Shown: positions 12,052 through 21,899 of the stretch, in pieces
Numbering within the stretch: the stretch's first letter is position 1
Layout of the letters: every line of letters starts with the position of its first letter
Sequence record: SRR20825010_2885
Length of the DNA stretch: 37,382 nucleotides
Reading direction: 5' to 3' (one strand)
Notes under the pieces: generated by a model
The model's input: only the letters and a program-made list of their open reading frames with translations
Told to the model about the DNA's origin: nothing
The model's database searches: none
Position numbers and translations under genes: made by a program

Positions 12052-12180
12052 AGTGGGAATCTTACCGTCAATGAGGGGTTACGGGAGATTAGCCAATAGT
12101 ACAACCTGGGGGCCGATCCGGCCAATCTAGCAAAAATGGGGAGAGACTTTAGTCTCAGGGACAGGTTAAGGCTTGAGCGC

Positions 12181-13182
12181 TCAGATCATCAGGTCATCGA
12201 GACGGTCGTTTATGCGGCTGGGCACTTCCAGCTCAACTTCACGAACCGCCTGACGTATGGCGGCCAGCATGGCGCGCTCGTTGGCGTTGCCATGGCTCTT
12301 TATCACCACCCCTTGAAGGCCAAGGAGACTGGCACCGTTATGCCTTGAGGGGTCCATAAGCCGGAGCAGCCGTCCGATGATCGGCCGCGCGAAGAAGCCG
12401 ACGCACTTGCCGTAAAACGTTTTCGTAAAGGCTTGTTCCAGCAATTCAATCAGCAGACCGGCAACACCCTCACCCGTCTTCAGGGCAATATTCCCGACGA
12501 AACCGTCGCACACCACCACATCCGCCACGTCGCGGAACAGATCACTGCCCTCGATGTATCCGATGTAGTTGATGGTATCGCACTGGGCCAGCATGTGAGA
12601 GGCAAGCCGCACTTGCTCATTGCCCTTGATTTCCTCTTCGCCAACATTAAGCAGAGCGACTCGAGGTTCTGGCTGATTGCAGATGGCCGATGCCATCAGT
12701 GAGCCCATCAGTGCGTACTGATAGAGGTTTTCCGCAGTGGAGTCCACGTTGGCGCCCAGATCGAGCACGTGGCAACGCCCCCGAAGCGACGGAATCAGTT
12801 TGGCGATTGCAGGGCGCTCAATACCCGGGTACATACGGATAACAGAACGGCCGAACGCCATGAGCGCGCCGGTATTGCCAGCACTGACACAACCTTGAGC
12901 AACGCCATCGCGAACAAGCCCCAGCGCCACGGCCATGGACGAATTGCGTTTGTGGCGAAGCGCATGGGAGGGCCGCTCATTCATCCGCACGACATCGGCA
13001 GCTTCGACGATACGAATTCGCGAGTGCCCAGGATGCAACAAAGCCTCGAGCTCACTCCGGATTCCTACCAGAACGAGACTCAAGGCTTCGTTTTCTTTCA
13101 CCGCATCCAGTGCAGCGGAGGCCACAACATCGGCTCCGCGATCACCACTCATGGCGTCAATTGCGATGGTGACCGGCTTCAC
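12181..13182 (-). CDS. plsX: Phosphate acyltransferase
   Basis: IAIDAMSGD, SAGNTGA, LDLGAN, CDGFVGNIALK, KSHG. GTG start at 13182 follows a GGAGG SD; the longer track start overlaps rpmF. Confidence 0.96.
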   Translation of the reverse strand: MKPVTIAIDAMSGDRGADVVASAALDAVKENEALSLVLVGIRSELEALLHPGHSRIRIVEAADVVRMNERPSHALRHKRNSSMAVALGLVRDGVAQGCVSAGNTGALMAFGRSVIRMYPGIERPAIAKLIPSLRGRCHVLDLGANVDSTAENLYQYALMGSLMASAICNQPEPRVALLNVGEEEIKGNEQVRLASHMLAQCDTINYIGYIEGSDLFRDVADVVVCDGFVGNIALKTGEGVAGLLIELLEQAFTKTFYGKCVGFFARPIIGRLLRLMDPSRHNGASLLGLQGVVIKSHGNANERAMLAAIRQAVREVELEVPSRINDRLDDLMI

Positions 13183-13225
13183 CGTTCCTCCATCTCGCAC
13201 TGGCGGGTGGATTGCTCGCGACGGT

Positions 13226-13405
13226 TTACTCGTCGCGAGCCTCAATTACCTGCTTGCCACGGTAAAAACCGTCCGGCGACACGTGGTGACGACGATGCAC
13301 TTCACCAGTCGTGGTGTCAGTGGACAGAGCTGCCGTGCTCAGAGCATCGTGTGAACGACGCATACCGCGCTTTGAGCGGGTTTTTCGATTTTTCTGTACA
13401 GCCAT
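13226..13405 (-). CDS. rpmF: 50S ribosomal protein L32 (59 aa, absent from the ORF track)
   Basis: Manual translation [66 protein letters not shown]; yceD-rpmF-plsX order. Confidence 0.98.
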   Translation of the reverse strand: MAVQKNRKTRSKRGMRRSHDALSTAALSTDTTTGEVHRRHHVSPDGFYRGKQVIEARDE

Positions 13406-13476
13406 GATTATGCTCCTGACCTGATAAACGTGTGTTCGTTAAATTCGCGACGGTTTCCAGGGAAAACGACGCCTGA

Positions 13477-14031
13477 TTAATGTTTCTTTGTCTTGAGATC
13501 CGCCAGTACGCTGAACGGGTTGTCTTCAGACTTCCTGACCGGCTCGTCCCCGGATTCATCCGGTTCAAAGGCTTCCAGCTCTTCTCGGGCGGGACATTCG
13601 TCACGCTCATGAAGCGGAAACGGCGGCAGAACCAGCAACAGTTCGTCCTCAGTCAAGGACCACAAATCCGCGCTGAAATCGTCCGTCAGAAACGGTTCAA
13701 GCTCTTTTGGCAACTGCTGGGCCTGCTCATCGCTGGTCACCAACCCCAATGTAAAGTGGGAGACCAGTGTCTTTTGCATGGGCCCCATGCAGCGCTGACA
13801 CTCCAGGGTAACCGGTGCTTCCAGCTCACCTGTCACCATGCGTCGGCGTTCGCCGTCCATGGAGAATGACAGGCTCACCCGGCACACTGCGCCGTCCTCA
13901 AAACCAAATACAGAATCACCAAAACGAGACAATGCCTGCAGAGGAATTTCTCCCTCCAACACTATTTGTTGCTCTGCCAATCGGTAAGGATCGACAGTTT
14001 TGGGCAGCTCGGTGCTTGAGGCTTTTGACAT
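13477..14031 (-). CDS. yceD: YceD/DUF177 23S rRNA accumulation protein
   Basis: LECQRCM, EDELLLVLP, C-terminal NPFSVLADLK; upstream of rpmF. Confidence 0.95.
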   Translation of the reverse strand: MSKASSTELPKTVDPYRLAEQQIVLEGEIPLQALSRFGDSVFGFEDGAVCRVSLSFSMDGERRRMVTGELEAPVTLECQRCMGPMQKTLVSHFTLGLVTSDEQAQQLPKELEPFLTDDFSADLWSLTEDELLLVLPPFPLHERDECPAREELEAFEPDESGDEPVRKSEDNPFSVLADLKTKKH

Positions 14032-14069
14032 AGGCGCGCAATTTTAGGGACCTGACCGCCCGCTGTCAA
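14032..14069 (-). promoter_or_regulatory. Sigma70 promoter of the yceD-rpmF-plsX-fab operon with GC-rich discriminator
   Basis: Minus strand TTGACA-N17-TAAAAT-TGCGCGCCT-ATG. Confidence 0.85.
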
Positions 14070-14152
14070 AGACTTCATGCGCTTTTGGGCAAGGGTTACA
14101 CTGCGGATAGGTGTATTCTACGATAATACCAAGCAATGACATAAGGAACCCA

Positions 14153-14788
14153 ATGCAACACCGCCCACTTCTGCTTGCCTCATCATCACCTTACCGGCGA
14201 CAGCTGATGGAACGGCTGGGACTGCCCTTCCAGGCCGCATCACCGAACGTCGATGAATCACCAGAGATAAGTGAAGGCCCGGAACAGCTGGCCGTGCGAC
14301 TGGCGCTAAAGAAAGCAGAAGCACTCGCCGGGGATTATCCTGACCACTGGATCATCGGCTCTGACCAGGTTGCCTGCCTCGAGGATGGCACCGTGCTGAA
14401 CAAGCCGGGAAACCATGAGCGCGCCGTGCAGCAGCTGAAGCGCAGCAGCGGCCAGAGAGTCTCATTCCTGACGGGCCTGGTACTGCTGGATTCCGGCACT
14501 GACGAACGGCAGAGCCACTGCGAACACTTCCACGCCCATTTCCGGGAGCTAGACGCGGACGAAATCGACAACTACCTACACATTGAGACGCCCTACGACT
14601 GCGCAGGCAGCTTCAAAATGGAAGGCTTGGGCATCACCCTGTTCAAGCGACTGGAAGGGGACGATCCGAACAGCCTGATCGGGCTGCCGTTGATCGCACT
14701 CACCAGAATGCTGCTAAATTGGGGGCTGAATCCACTGCATCAGCCCCACGACCCTCAGCGCAGCTCCAGCCGCGATTCAGCGAAGTAG
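14153..14788 (+). CDS. yceF: Maf-family nucleotide pyrophosphatase (YceF, m7GTP type)
   Basis: LLLASSSPYRR, IIGSDQV, KPG, PYDCAGSFK, LIGLPL; divergent from yceD. Confidence 0.93.
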   Translation: MQHRPLLLASSSPYRRQLMERLGLPFQAASPNVDESPEISEGPEQLAVRLALKKAEALAGDYPDHWIIGSDQVACLEDGTVLNKPGNHERAVQQLKRSSGQRVSFLTGLVLLDSGTDERQSHCEHFHAHFRELDADEIDNYLHIETPYDCAGSFKMEGLGITLFKRLEGDDPNSLIGLPLIALTRMLLNWGLNPLHQPHDPQRSSSRDSAK

Positions 14789-15804
14789 CGGGCAATACCA
14801 CTGCCCACAGAAACGCCGAACTGGTCAACAATTTCCTGGAACGGCGATTCTCGGCGGCTGTAGTCCACAAGATCCTCCTGGCCGATAACCTGTCTTGCCA
14901 CATGCGAAGAACTGCCAAGACCATCGATCAGGCCAAGCTCAAGCGCCTGCTCACCACTCCAGACCAGCCCTGAGAACAGTTGCTCGTCATCCGCAAGCCG
15001 ATCACCCCGCCCCTTCCGCACACTCTCGATAAACTGACTGTGAGTGGTTTCCAGAACGTCTTGCCAGAATTGCACCTCTTCTTCTTCCTCCGGTGAGAAC
15101 GGATCCAGGAACGCCTTGTTCTCACCCGCCGTGTACAGACGGCGGTCGACCCCCAGTTTGTCCATGATCCCGGTAAATCCGAAACCTCCGGCCACCACAC
15201 CGATGGAACCCACGAGACTCGCCTTGTCGGCGTATATTTCATCAGCAGCCGCAGCAATATAGTAGGCGCCAGAGGCACCAATATCGGAAATCACCGCATA
15301 CACTTTTTTCTCCGGATACTCACCCCTCAGCCGAACGATTTCGTCATAGACGTAACCGGACTGGACCGGACTGCCGCCCGGACTGTTGATGCGCAGGATC
15401 ACCCCCACCGAATTCTCTGCCTCAAACGCTTCGCGCAGGGAACCTACAATGTTGTCGGCGCTGGCGAGCTCATCCGCCGCAATAGTGCCCTCGATCTCCA
15501 CGAGTGCCGTATGCTTTCCCTTGGCAGCGGATTCCAGCGCACCGCTTAGCGGGAACTGGATCATCAGCAGCAAGGCAAAGAGATACCCGAACGTCAGCAG
15601 CTTGAAAAATATCCCCCAGCGGCGGCTTTTTCGCTGCTCTGACTGCAGAGACATCACCAACTTTTCGATCAATTTCCAATCACGAGCCGACTCCGGCGGC
15701 ATCGCCGGCTTGCGGCGACTTCCCTCAGGCCTTTTCGCCCCGCTTTCCGGGTTTTCTGGTTCGCTCCCCCAGCCAGGATGCCTGTCTGATTCCCAATCGC
15801 TCAT
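14755..15804 (-). CDS. sppA: S49-family signal peptide peptidase (36K SppA type)
   Basis: Single N-terminal TM, LRINSPGGS, GASGAYYIA, GSIGV, AGENK. Confidence 0.93.
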   Translation of the reverse strand: MSDWESDRHPGWGSEPENPESGAKRPEGSRRKPAMPPESARDWKLIEKLVMSLQSEQRKSRRWGIFFKLLTFGYLFALLLMIQFPLSGALESAAKGKHTALVEIEGTIAADELASADNIVGSLREAFEAENSVGVILRINSPGGSPVQSGYVYDEIVRLRGEYPEKKVYAVISDIGASGAYYIAAAADEIYADKASLVGSIGVVAGGFGFTGIMDKLGVDRRLYTAGENKAFLDPFSPEEEEEVQFWQDVLETTHSQFIESVRKGRGDRLADDEQLFSGLVWSGEQALELGLIDGLGSSSHVARQVIGQEDLVDYSRRESPFQEIVDQFGVSVGSGIARYFAESRLELR

Positions 15805-15829
15805 TGCTACTTCCTGTTACTGTTGCGGC

Positions 15830-16477
15830 TCAGAGGCCGAGTACGTCGCGCAGGTCTTTTACCGAATCGACGACCGCGTGCGGTGCGTAATGCCCCAGCA
15901 CATCACGTTTATGCACACCCCACTCCACACCAATAGACGGCATCCCGATACGCTGGGCCATCTCAAGATCGTACCGGGTATCGCCGATCATAACCGCTTC
16001 CGCCGGCTCAATGCCGTAAAAGCGGATGATCTCTCCGAGCATCGCCGGGTCGGGCTTGGAGCGGGTTTCATCCGCGCAGCGAGTAATATCAAAATGCGGC
16101 CCAAGCCCGCTGGACACCAAAGCACCTTCCAGGCCGCGGCGGCTCTTGCCGGTGGCCACCGAGCAGCCGCGCCCCGCTGCACGAAGGTCAGCCAGTACGT
16201 CCGCCATGCCCGCAAACACATTCTGGGGCGTAGTCACCTTGGAGAAAAAATAACGGGCATAACCTTCGCGAATCGCCGTCATTTCCTCCCGCGTTATACC
16301 GGGATACAGCTTTTCCAGAGCTTCAATCATGCCCAGGCCGATGATATCGCGATAGGCTTCCCGCTCCAGTTCCGGATACCCCAGCTCGGTGGCCGCCTGA
16401 TGAAGGCTGTCGGCAATATGATCAACGGAATCCACCAGCGTTCCGTCCCAGTCAAAAATCACGACCTTTACGTCCAT
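15830..16477 (-). CDS. HAD-IA family hydrolase (phosphoglycolate phosphatase-like)
   Basis: FDWDGTLVDS, VATGK, SKPDP, MIGDTRYD motifs I-IV. Confidence 0.93.
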   Translation of the reverse strand: MDVKVVIFDWDGTLVDSVDHIADSLHQAATELGYPELEREAYRDIIGLGMIEALEKLYPGITREEMTAIREGYARYFFSKVTTPQNVFAGMADVLADLRAAGRGCSVATGKSRRGLEGALVSSGLGPHFDITRCADETRSKPDPAMLGEIIRFYGIEPAEAVMIGDTRYDLEMAQRIGMPSIGVEWGVHKRDVLGHYAPHAVVDSVKDLRDVLGL

Positions 16478-16527
16478 TGATACTTCCTTGGTGCGGTCAT
16501 TCTGCTTGCGAACCACAGAACAACGGA

Positions 16528-17577
16528 TTATTCGGAGGCCTTCCGGCGCGCCGCCAGCTTGGCCATGAGTTCGCTGAAAGCCTCATCATAGGGAGCCTCA
16601 AGATGAACTGACTCTCCCGTGGAGGGCAGCGTAAAGTCCAGGGCGCGGGCGTGGAGCATTAAACGCTGACCGCCGGCGGAACGAAATGCCCGCAGGCTTA
16701 CATCATCCATATACTTGTCATCGCCGGCAATCGGATGCCCCGCCCAGGCACTGTGAACACGGATCTGATGGGTGCGACCGGTTACCGGTGAGGCCTCAAC
16801 CAGGGTATACCCTGAAAAGGAGTCCAATACCCGGAAGCGGGTGAGAGAGTCCTTTCCAGCCTCATCCACGCGAACACGGCGCTCACCGGATCCAAGCTCA
16901 AACCGCAGCAACGGCTCGCTGACCTTCCTGACAGCCCCAGGCCAGTCGCCCGCCACCAGAGCATGATAATGCTTACGAATACGCTTGTGACGCAACTCGT
17001 CCTGCAGATAACGCAACGCAGAACGCTTCTTTGCAACCATCACCAGCCCCGATGTATCCCTATCAAGCCGATGCACGAGCTCCAGAAACCGGGCCTCCGG
17101 CCGCGCCGCCCGCAAGACTTCGATCAGCCCGAAATCCAGCCCGCTACCACCGTGAACCGCTATACCGGATGGCTTATTAACCACCAGCATCTGATCATTT
17201 TCAAACACCACCGCGTCCTGCATGACCCCCTGAACCCGGGAGCCTGGAACTACCTGCGCCGGCTTTTCCTTTCGGGTAACCGGTGGAATGCGCACCTCAT
17301 CACCCGTATTCAGACGGGTGTCGGGCTTCACCCTGCCCTTGTTCACGCGCACCTCGCCCTTGCGGATAATCCGATAGATGATACTGCGCGGTACATCCCG
17401 GATCTGCGCCATCAGGTAGTTGTCCACGCGCTGACCGTGGTTATCCTCATCAACCACCACCTTTCGCACACCCTGCCTGATTTCGCCACCTCTGGAGCCG
17501 GGCACAGAGCTACTCTTTTCGCCACTGACAGGCTGTGATGACGAAGAGGGACGTTTTTGCCTGGTCGATCTGGACAT
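16528..17577 (-). CDS. rluC: 23S rRNA pseudouridine synthase RluC
   Basis: S4 domain (GQRVDNYL...RKGEVRVN), NKPSGIAVHGG, HRLDRDTSG, TGRTHQIRVH; divergent from rne; start uncertain. Confidence 0.95.
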   Translation of the reverse strand: MSRSTRQKRPSSSSQPVSGEKSSSVPGSRGGEIRQGVRKVVVDEDNHGQRVDNYLMAQIRDVPRSIIYRIIRKGEVRVNKGRVKPDTRLNTGDEVRIPPVTRKEKPAQVVPGSRVQGVMQDAVVFENDQMLVVNKPSGIAVHGGSGLDFGLIEVLRAARPEARFLELVHRLDRDTSGLVMVAKKRSALRYLQDELRHKRIRKHYHALVAGDWPGAVRKVSEPLLRFELGSGERRVRVDEAGKDSLTRFRVLDSFSGYTLVEASPVTGRTHQIRVHSAWAGHPIAGDDKYMDDVSLRAFRSAGGQRLMLHARALDFTLPSTGESVHLEAPYDEAFSELMAKLAARRKASE

Positions 17578-17607
17578 GGATACCTTACCGCTGGAAACCC
17601 TGCGGGA

Positions 17608-17636
17608 TTGAAGGAGCCGGCGAATACTGTTATATT
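17608..17636 (+). promoter_or_regulatory. Sigma70 promoter for rne with extended -10
   Basis: TTGAAG-N17-TATATT preceded by TGn and followed by GC-rich CCGGCG. Confidence 0.6.
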
Positions 17637-17642
17637 CCGGCG

Positions 17643-18173
17643 TGCTCTGCCGTTTGTCTACGGCCTGGCCAGTATGCCAGAAGCCGGAGCGGCAGGAGTA
17701 TACCGACACTATTTGAGAGTTTGAACGCCGAAAGCCCAATCATTACCGGGCTCGGCGATTGAAATCCTCCCGGGCCAAAACGGAAGACGCTGATTACAGC
17801 GACTGTCCAGAAGCCGGGGGAACAAGAAAACGTACGGAAAACCGTCGGGCGACATCGCGAAGAATCATTACCAGCACGCAGGGCCGGGCCGTCCAGCATA
17901 CGAATACGACGTGAGACCCAGGCACCCGCGTGAACCTGAAAACGGATAACATGCGCCAACAGACTCTGACCCAAAGCGACTCTTTCCTGCCCACAGGCAG
18001 GCGAACCGTCAGCGGTGGCCTCGGAACCCCGGGAAAATTCCCCGCAGGGATCTGATTCGTCTGGCCGTCGGATTACCCCTGTTACAAGGGGCCCACGGCA
18101 CGCAAGTTCTGCTTCGCTGATGCTATTCCCCAGGTTTTCTGTCCAAACCAAACGACAGGAACCATTTCTTTCC
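17643..18173 (+). promoter_or_regulatory. Long 5' leader of rne (probable autoregulatory structured UTR)
   Basis: ~530 nt with no convincing gene between the predicted promoter and the rne ATG; long rne leaders are established in gammaproteobacteria. Confidence 0.55.
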
Positions 18174-21100
18174 ATGAAAAGAATGCTGATCAATGCGACT
18201 CATCCCGAAGAGTTGCGCGTAGCCCTGGTTGACGGCCAGCGTCTGTTTGACCTCGACATCGAATCCAGCTCCCGTGAGCAGAAGAAAGCCAATATCTACA
18301 AGGGTCGCATAACCCGTGTAGAGCCAAGCCTGGAAGCCGCTTTTGTGGACTTCGGCGCGGAACGCCACGGATTCCTTCCTCTCAAAGAAATCTCCAAGGA
18401 GTATTTCAAGAAATCACCCGGCCAGATTGAAGGCAAGATCAACATCAAGGATGTGGTTGCCGAAGGTCAGGAAGTCATTATTCAGGTGGATAAGGAAGAA
18501 CGTGGCAACAAGGGTGCAGCCCTCACCACCTTTATCTCCCTTGCGGGCCGATACCTCGTGCTCATGCCCAACAATCCTCGCGCCGGCGGCATTTCCCGTC
18601 GTATCGAAGGTGAAGAGCGGGCGCAGCTGAAAGAGGCCATGAACGATGTACAGGTGCCCAAGTCCATGGGCATCATCGTTCGTACCGCCGGCATCGGCCG
18701 CACCACCGAAGAGCTGCAGTGGGACCTGGACTACCTCGTCCAGTTCTGGGAGGCCATTACCCAGGCCGCCGGTGAGCGCAAGGCGCCGTTCCTTATTCAC
18801 CAGGAAAGCAACGTCATTATCCGCGCTGTACGCGACTATCTTCGCCAGGACATTGGTGAGGTACTGATTGACGCCGCAACGGTGTACGAGGATGTATTGA
18901 ACTTCGTTCGCGCCGTCATGCCCTCGTTCGAAAACAAGATCAAGCTGTACAAGGACGAAATCCCCCTGTTCAGCCGTTACCAGATCGAAGGCCAGATCGA
19001 GACCGCGTTCCAGCGTGAAGTGAAGCTGCCCTCCGGTGGCTCCATCGTGATCGATCCCACCGAGGCACTGGTGTCCATTGACATCAACTCCTCCCGTGCC
19101 ACCAAGGGCCACGACATTGAGGAAACCGCGCTCCAGACCAACCTGGAAGCGGCGGAAGAGATTGCCCGCCAACTGCGTCTCAGGGACATGGGCGGCTTGA
19201 TCGTGATCGACTTTATCGACATGACCCCGGCCAAGCACCAGCGCGAAGTCGAGCAGAAGATGCGCGAAGCACTGGAAATCGACCGCGCCCGGGTACAAGT
19301 GGGCAAGATTTCACGCTTTGGCCTGCTTGAAATGTCTCGCCAGCGTTTGCGCCCATCCCTGGGCGAGACCCGCAGCGAAGTCTGCCCTCGCTGTGAAGGC
19401 CAGGGCACCATCAGGGGCATTGAGTCTCTGGCCCTGAGCATCATGCGCCTGATCTACGAGGAATCCTCCAAGGAAAAGACCGGCCAGGTCCGTGCCGTGG
19501 TGCCCGTCGCCGTTGCCACATTCCTGCTAAACGAGAAGCGCAAGCAGTTGGCCGACATCGAAGCACGCCAGGAAGTGGAAGTGGTGGTGGTTCCCGCACC
19601 TCACATGGAAACACCTCACTTCGAAATCCTGCGCATGCGTGACGATGAGACCGGCGTGGAGCATGTATCGAGCTACCAGGTCGCTCAGGAATACAGTGAA
19701 CGGGAAGAAGAAATCTTCGAGGCCCCTGCTGCCCAGCCACCGGTCCGCGAACAGGCAGCGGTGAAAGCCATTCGCCCGGTTGCGCCCGCACCTGCCCCGG
19801 AAAAGGCAGCGCAAGAGACCCCGGCCGAACAGACTGATGGCCTGTTCCGCAAACTTGGCCGCAAGATTGCGGATTTCTTCAGCGGTGAGGAAGTCATCGG
19901 TGAACCACCAGTGAAACGGGAACAGCCTGCCGGCTCCAACCGCGACGACCGCCGCACCCAGGACCGCCAGGACCGTCGTAAATCCAGGGTGGCCCGTGAC
20001 GACAACCGCTCCGGAAATCGCAGTGGTGCTGACCGCCGTCAGGCCGGCGCCAATCGTGGCGACAGCAGCCGCAGCGATGACAACCGGGGACGTAACCGAG
20101 GTGCAAACCGCAATCGCGGAGACGACCAGGGCCGCAGTGGCCAGGGCCAGCAGGGAAGTGCTGACAAGAGCGCCGACAAGACAGCCGATAGCCGCAGGGA
20201 TGGCAACCGCAAAGACGGCCAGGGACGCGGGCAAGGGCGCAACAAGCCCCAGACCAGCAGGGACCAGAAGGACCGTCAGGAACAACAGGACACCAGTTCC
20301 CAGAAAAGCGCTGCCGCCGACAAGTCCGGCTCCGATGAAAAACGTCGCAAACCAAGACGTAATCGTAATCGCGACGGCTCCCCCGCTGAAAACCCGGCGT
20401 CAACACCGGCAGATCGGAAGTCCGCCCGCAGCGAAAGGCATCAGAAGGATACTCAGCCGGAAGAGCAGACCGACAAGCAACCTACAACTCAGCCCGCAGG
20501 AAAGCCGGACGTAGCCGCGGCCAATACGGCAGAGCCGAAGCCGGCGGAAAGCGTGGCTGAAAAGCCTGTCGAAGCGACGTCAGCGGAAAGCGCGACAGAA
20601 GCACCGGTCGAGAAATCGGCGACGAAACCTGCGGAACCAACGGCCGAAAGTGCGGAGCCCAATAAAGCGCCTGAAAAACAGCCGCAGCCGGCAACGTCTG
20701 GCACCGCGAAGCCCGCCCAGCCGGACACCGCGGGCAATGAGGCAGTGAAATCTGAAGCAGAGTCCGAGACTATTGCTGAGGAGAAGCCGAAACGCCCTGC
20801 CCGTCCACGCCGGTCATCCAGGAAACCAGCTGAAAAGAAGGCTGAACCCACCGACGCAGATGCGACGACGGCCGACAAGGCTGAAAAGGCAACTCCGGGC
20901 AAAGAAACCCCAGAGGCGGTTGTAGAGGCCGAAACCCCCAAGCAGGAAGTGGATGCCAAGCCACAACCAACAGAAGCTGACACCAAACCCAAGGCGGAAT
21001 CCAAGGCTGAATCCAAGGCCGACAGCACTGCTGACGCTGAGCCGACGGCAACCAAAACCGAGAAAGCGGAACAACCCGATACCGCCACCCCGGCGAGCGA

Positions 21101-21356
21101 GCCGGCAGCAGCGGATACGGTGAAAGAACCGCAGGAAACGACCAGCAAACCAGCGGCGGAACCGAAAGCCGAGGCCTCCGAGGCAGAGGAAACGCAAAAA
21201 CCTGCAGAGAAGCCGGTTGAGCCCGCGGCTGAGCAAGAAAAGCCGAGTGAGCAGGTGAATGTACCGGTAACCCCGGGCCGTGCCTACAATGATCCGAGGG
21301 AAGTCCGTAAGCGTCAGCGGGCAGCCGAAGAGGCCAAAAAGGCCGGGAGTAACTGA
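18174..21356 (+). CDS. rne: Ribonuclease E
   Basis: [10 protein letters not shown]1 domain, IDINS, DFIDM, CPRC Zn-link, amphipathic [14 protein letters not shown], long disordered C-terminus ending in an NDPR motif. Confidence 0.99.
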   Translation: MKRMLINATHPEELRVALVDGQRLFDLDIESSSREQKKANIYKGRITRVEPSLEAAFVDFGAERHGFLPLKEISKEYFKKSPGQIEGKINIKDVVAEGQEVIIQVDKEERGNKGAALTTFISLAGRYLVLMPNNPRAGGISRRIEGEERAQLKEAMNDVQVPKSMGIIVRTAGIGRTTEELQWDLDYLVQFWEAITQAAGERKAPFLIHQESNVIIRAVRDYLRQDIGEVLIDAATVYEDVLNFVRAVMPSFENKIKLYKDEIPLFSRYQIEGQIETAFQREVKLPSGGSIVIDPTEALVSIDINSSRATKGHDIEETALQTNLEAAEEIARQLRLRDMGGLIVIDFIDMTPAKHQREVEQKMREALEIDRARVQVGKISRFGLLEMSRQRLRPSLGETRSEVCPRCEGQGTIRGIESLALSIMRLIYEESSKEKTGQVRAVVPVAVATFLLNEKRKQLADIEARQEVEVVVVPAPHMETPHFEILRMRDDETGVEHVSSYQVAQEYSEREEEIFEAPAAQPPVREQAAVKAIRPVAPAPAPEKAAQETPAEQTDGLFRKLGRKIADFFSGEEVIGEPPVKREQPAGSNRDDRRTQDRQDRRKSRVARDDNRSGNRSGADRRQAGANRGDSSRSDDNRGRNRGANRNRGDDQGRSGQGQQGSADKSADKTADSRRDGNRKDGQGRGQGRNKPQTSRDQKDRQEQQDTSSQKSAAADKSGSDEKRRKPRRNRNRDGSPAENPASTPADRKSARSERHQKDTQPEEQTDKQPTTQPAGKPDVAAANTAEPKPAESVAEKPVEATSAESATEAPVEKSATKPAEPTAESAEPNKAPEKQPQPATSGTAKPAQPDTAGNEAVKSEAESETIAEEKPKRPARPRRSSRKPAEKKAEPTDADATTADKAEKATPGKETPEAVVEAETPKQEVDAKPQPTEADTKPKAESKAESKADSTADAEPTATKTEKAEQPDTATPASEPAAADTVKEPQETTSKPAAEPKAEASEAEETQKPAEKPVEPAAEQEKPSEQVNVPVTPGRAYNDPREVRKRQRAAEEAKKAGSN

Positions 21357-21359
21357 CGA

Positions 21360-21899
21360 ATGCTATCAGATTCGGACATCGAAGCGCTGGAAGACATCCT
21401 TTTCGCAGAACCCTGGGGCGACGAGGCCCTGGATTTCTTCGGTTTGCATGGGGTTGTCTGCGCCAGCGTGGTAGGCCCGACATCCTTGAGCACTGAAGAC
21501 ATCTTCAGGCTGGCCACGGGCGCCGAACAGGCGCCCAGCGGCCAGGTTCCGGATGTGTTCCGCCAGGCCGTTGAGCAACTCGGCAGGGATATGGCACACG
21601 CACTGGACATGGGCCAGCCCCTTGAGTTGCCGGAACCTGAAGATGGCGATCCGATGAATGCATTGGAGAACTGGTGTGCCGGGTTCGTGGACACCTTCCT
21701 CGAGAATGAGGAAGCCTGGCTGGAAGCCGGCGAGGAGGAAACCGCAGACCTGCTGGTGCCGATGCTCACGCTGTCTGGGCTGTTCGAGGATGAAGACTTC
21801 CAGAATGTCCGCAACAGCGAGAAACTGTCCCGGCAAATGGCGGACGCCATTCCCGACTCGCTGACCGACCTATACCTGCTGTTCCACGCACCGGATTAA
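21360..21899 (+). CDS. YecA/UPF0149-family acidic protein
   Basis: LDFFGLHGVVCASVVGP, NWCAGF, IPDSLTDLYL pattern; starts 3 nt after the rne stop. Confidence 0.8.
   Translation: MLSDSDIEALEDILFAEPWGDEALDFFGLHGVVCASVVGPTSLSTEDIFRLATGAEQAPSGQVPDVFRQAVEQLGRDMAHALDMGQPLELPEPEDGDPMNALENWCAGFVDTFLENEEAWLEAGEEETADLLVPMLTLSGLFEDEDFQNVRNSEKLSRQMADAIPDSLTDLYLLFHAPD

Noticed and set aside
18015..18173. N-terminal extensions in the ORF track for rne, and likewise rluC, plsX, yceF and ppsA
   Set aside because: Family homology and SD positions point to downstream starts; the extensions run through UTRs, promoters or neighbouring genes.
20480..21260. Short tandem-like repeats (e.g. AAGGCGGAATCC/AAGGCTGAATCC) in rne
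   Set aside because: In-frame low-complexity coding of the disordered RNase E tail, not a mobile or contingency repeat.
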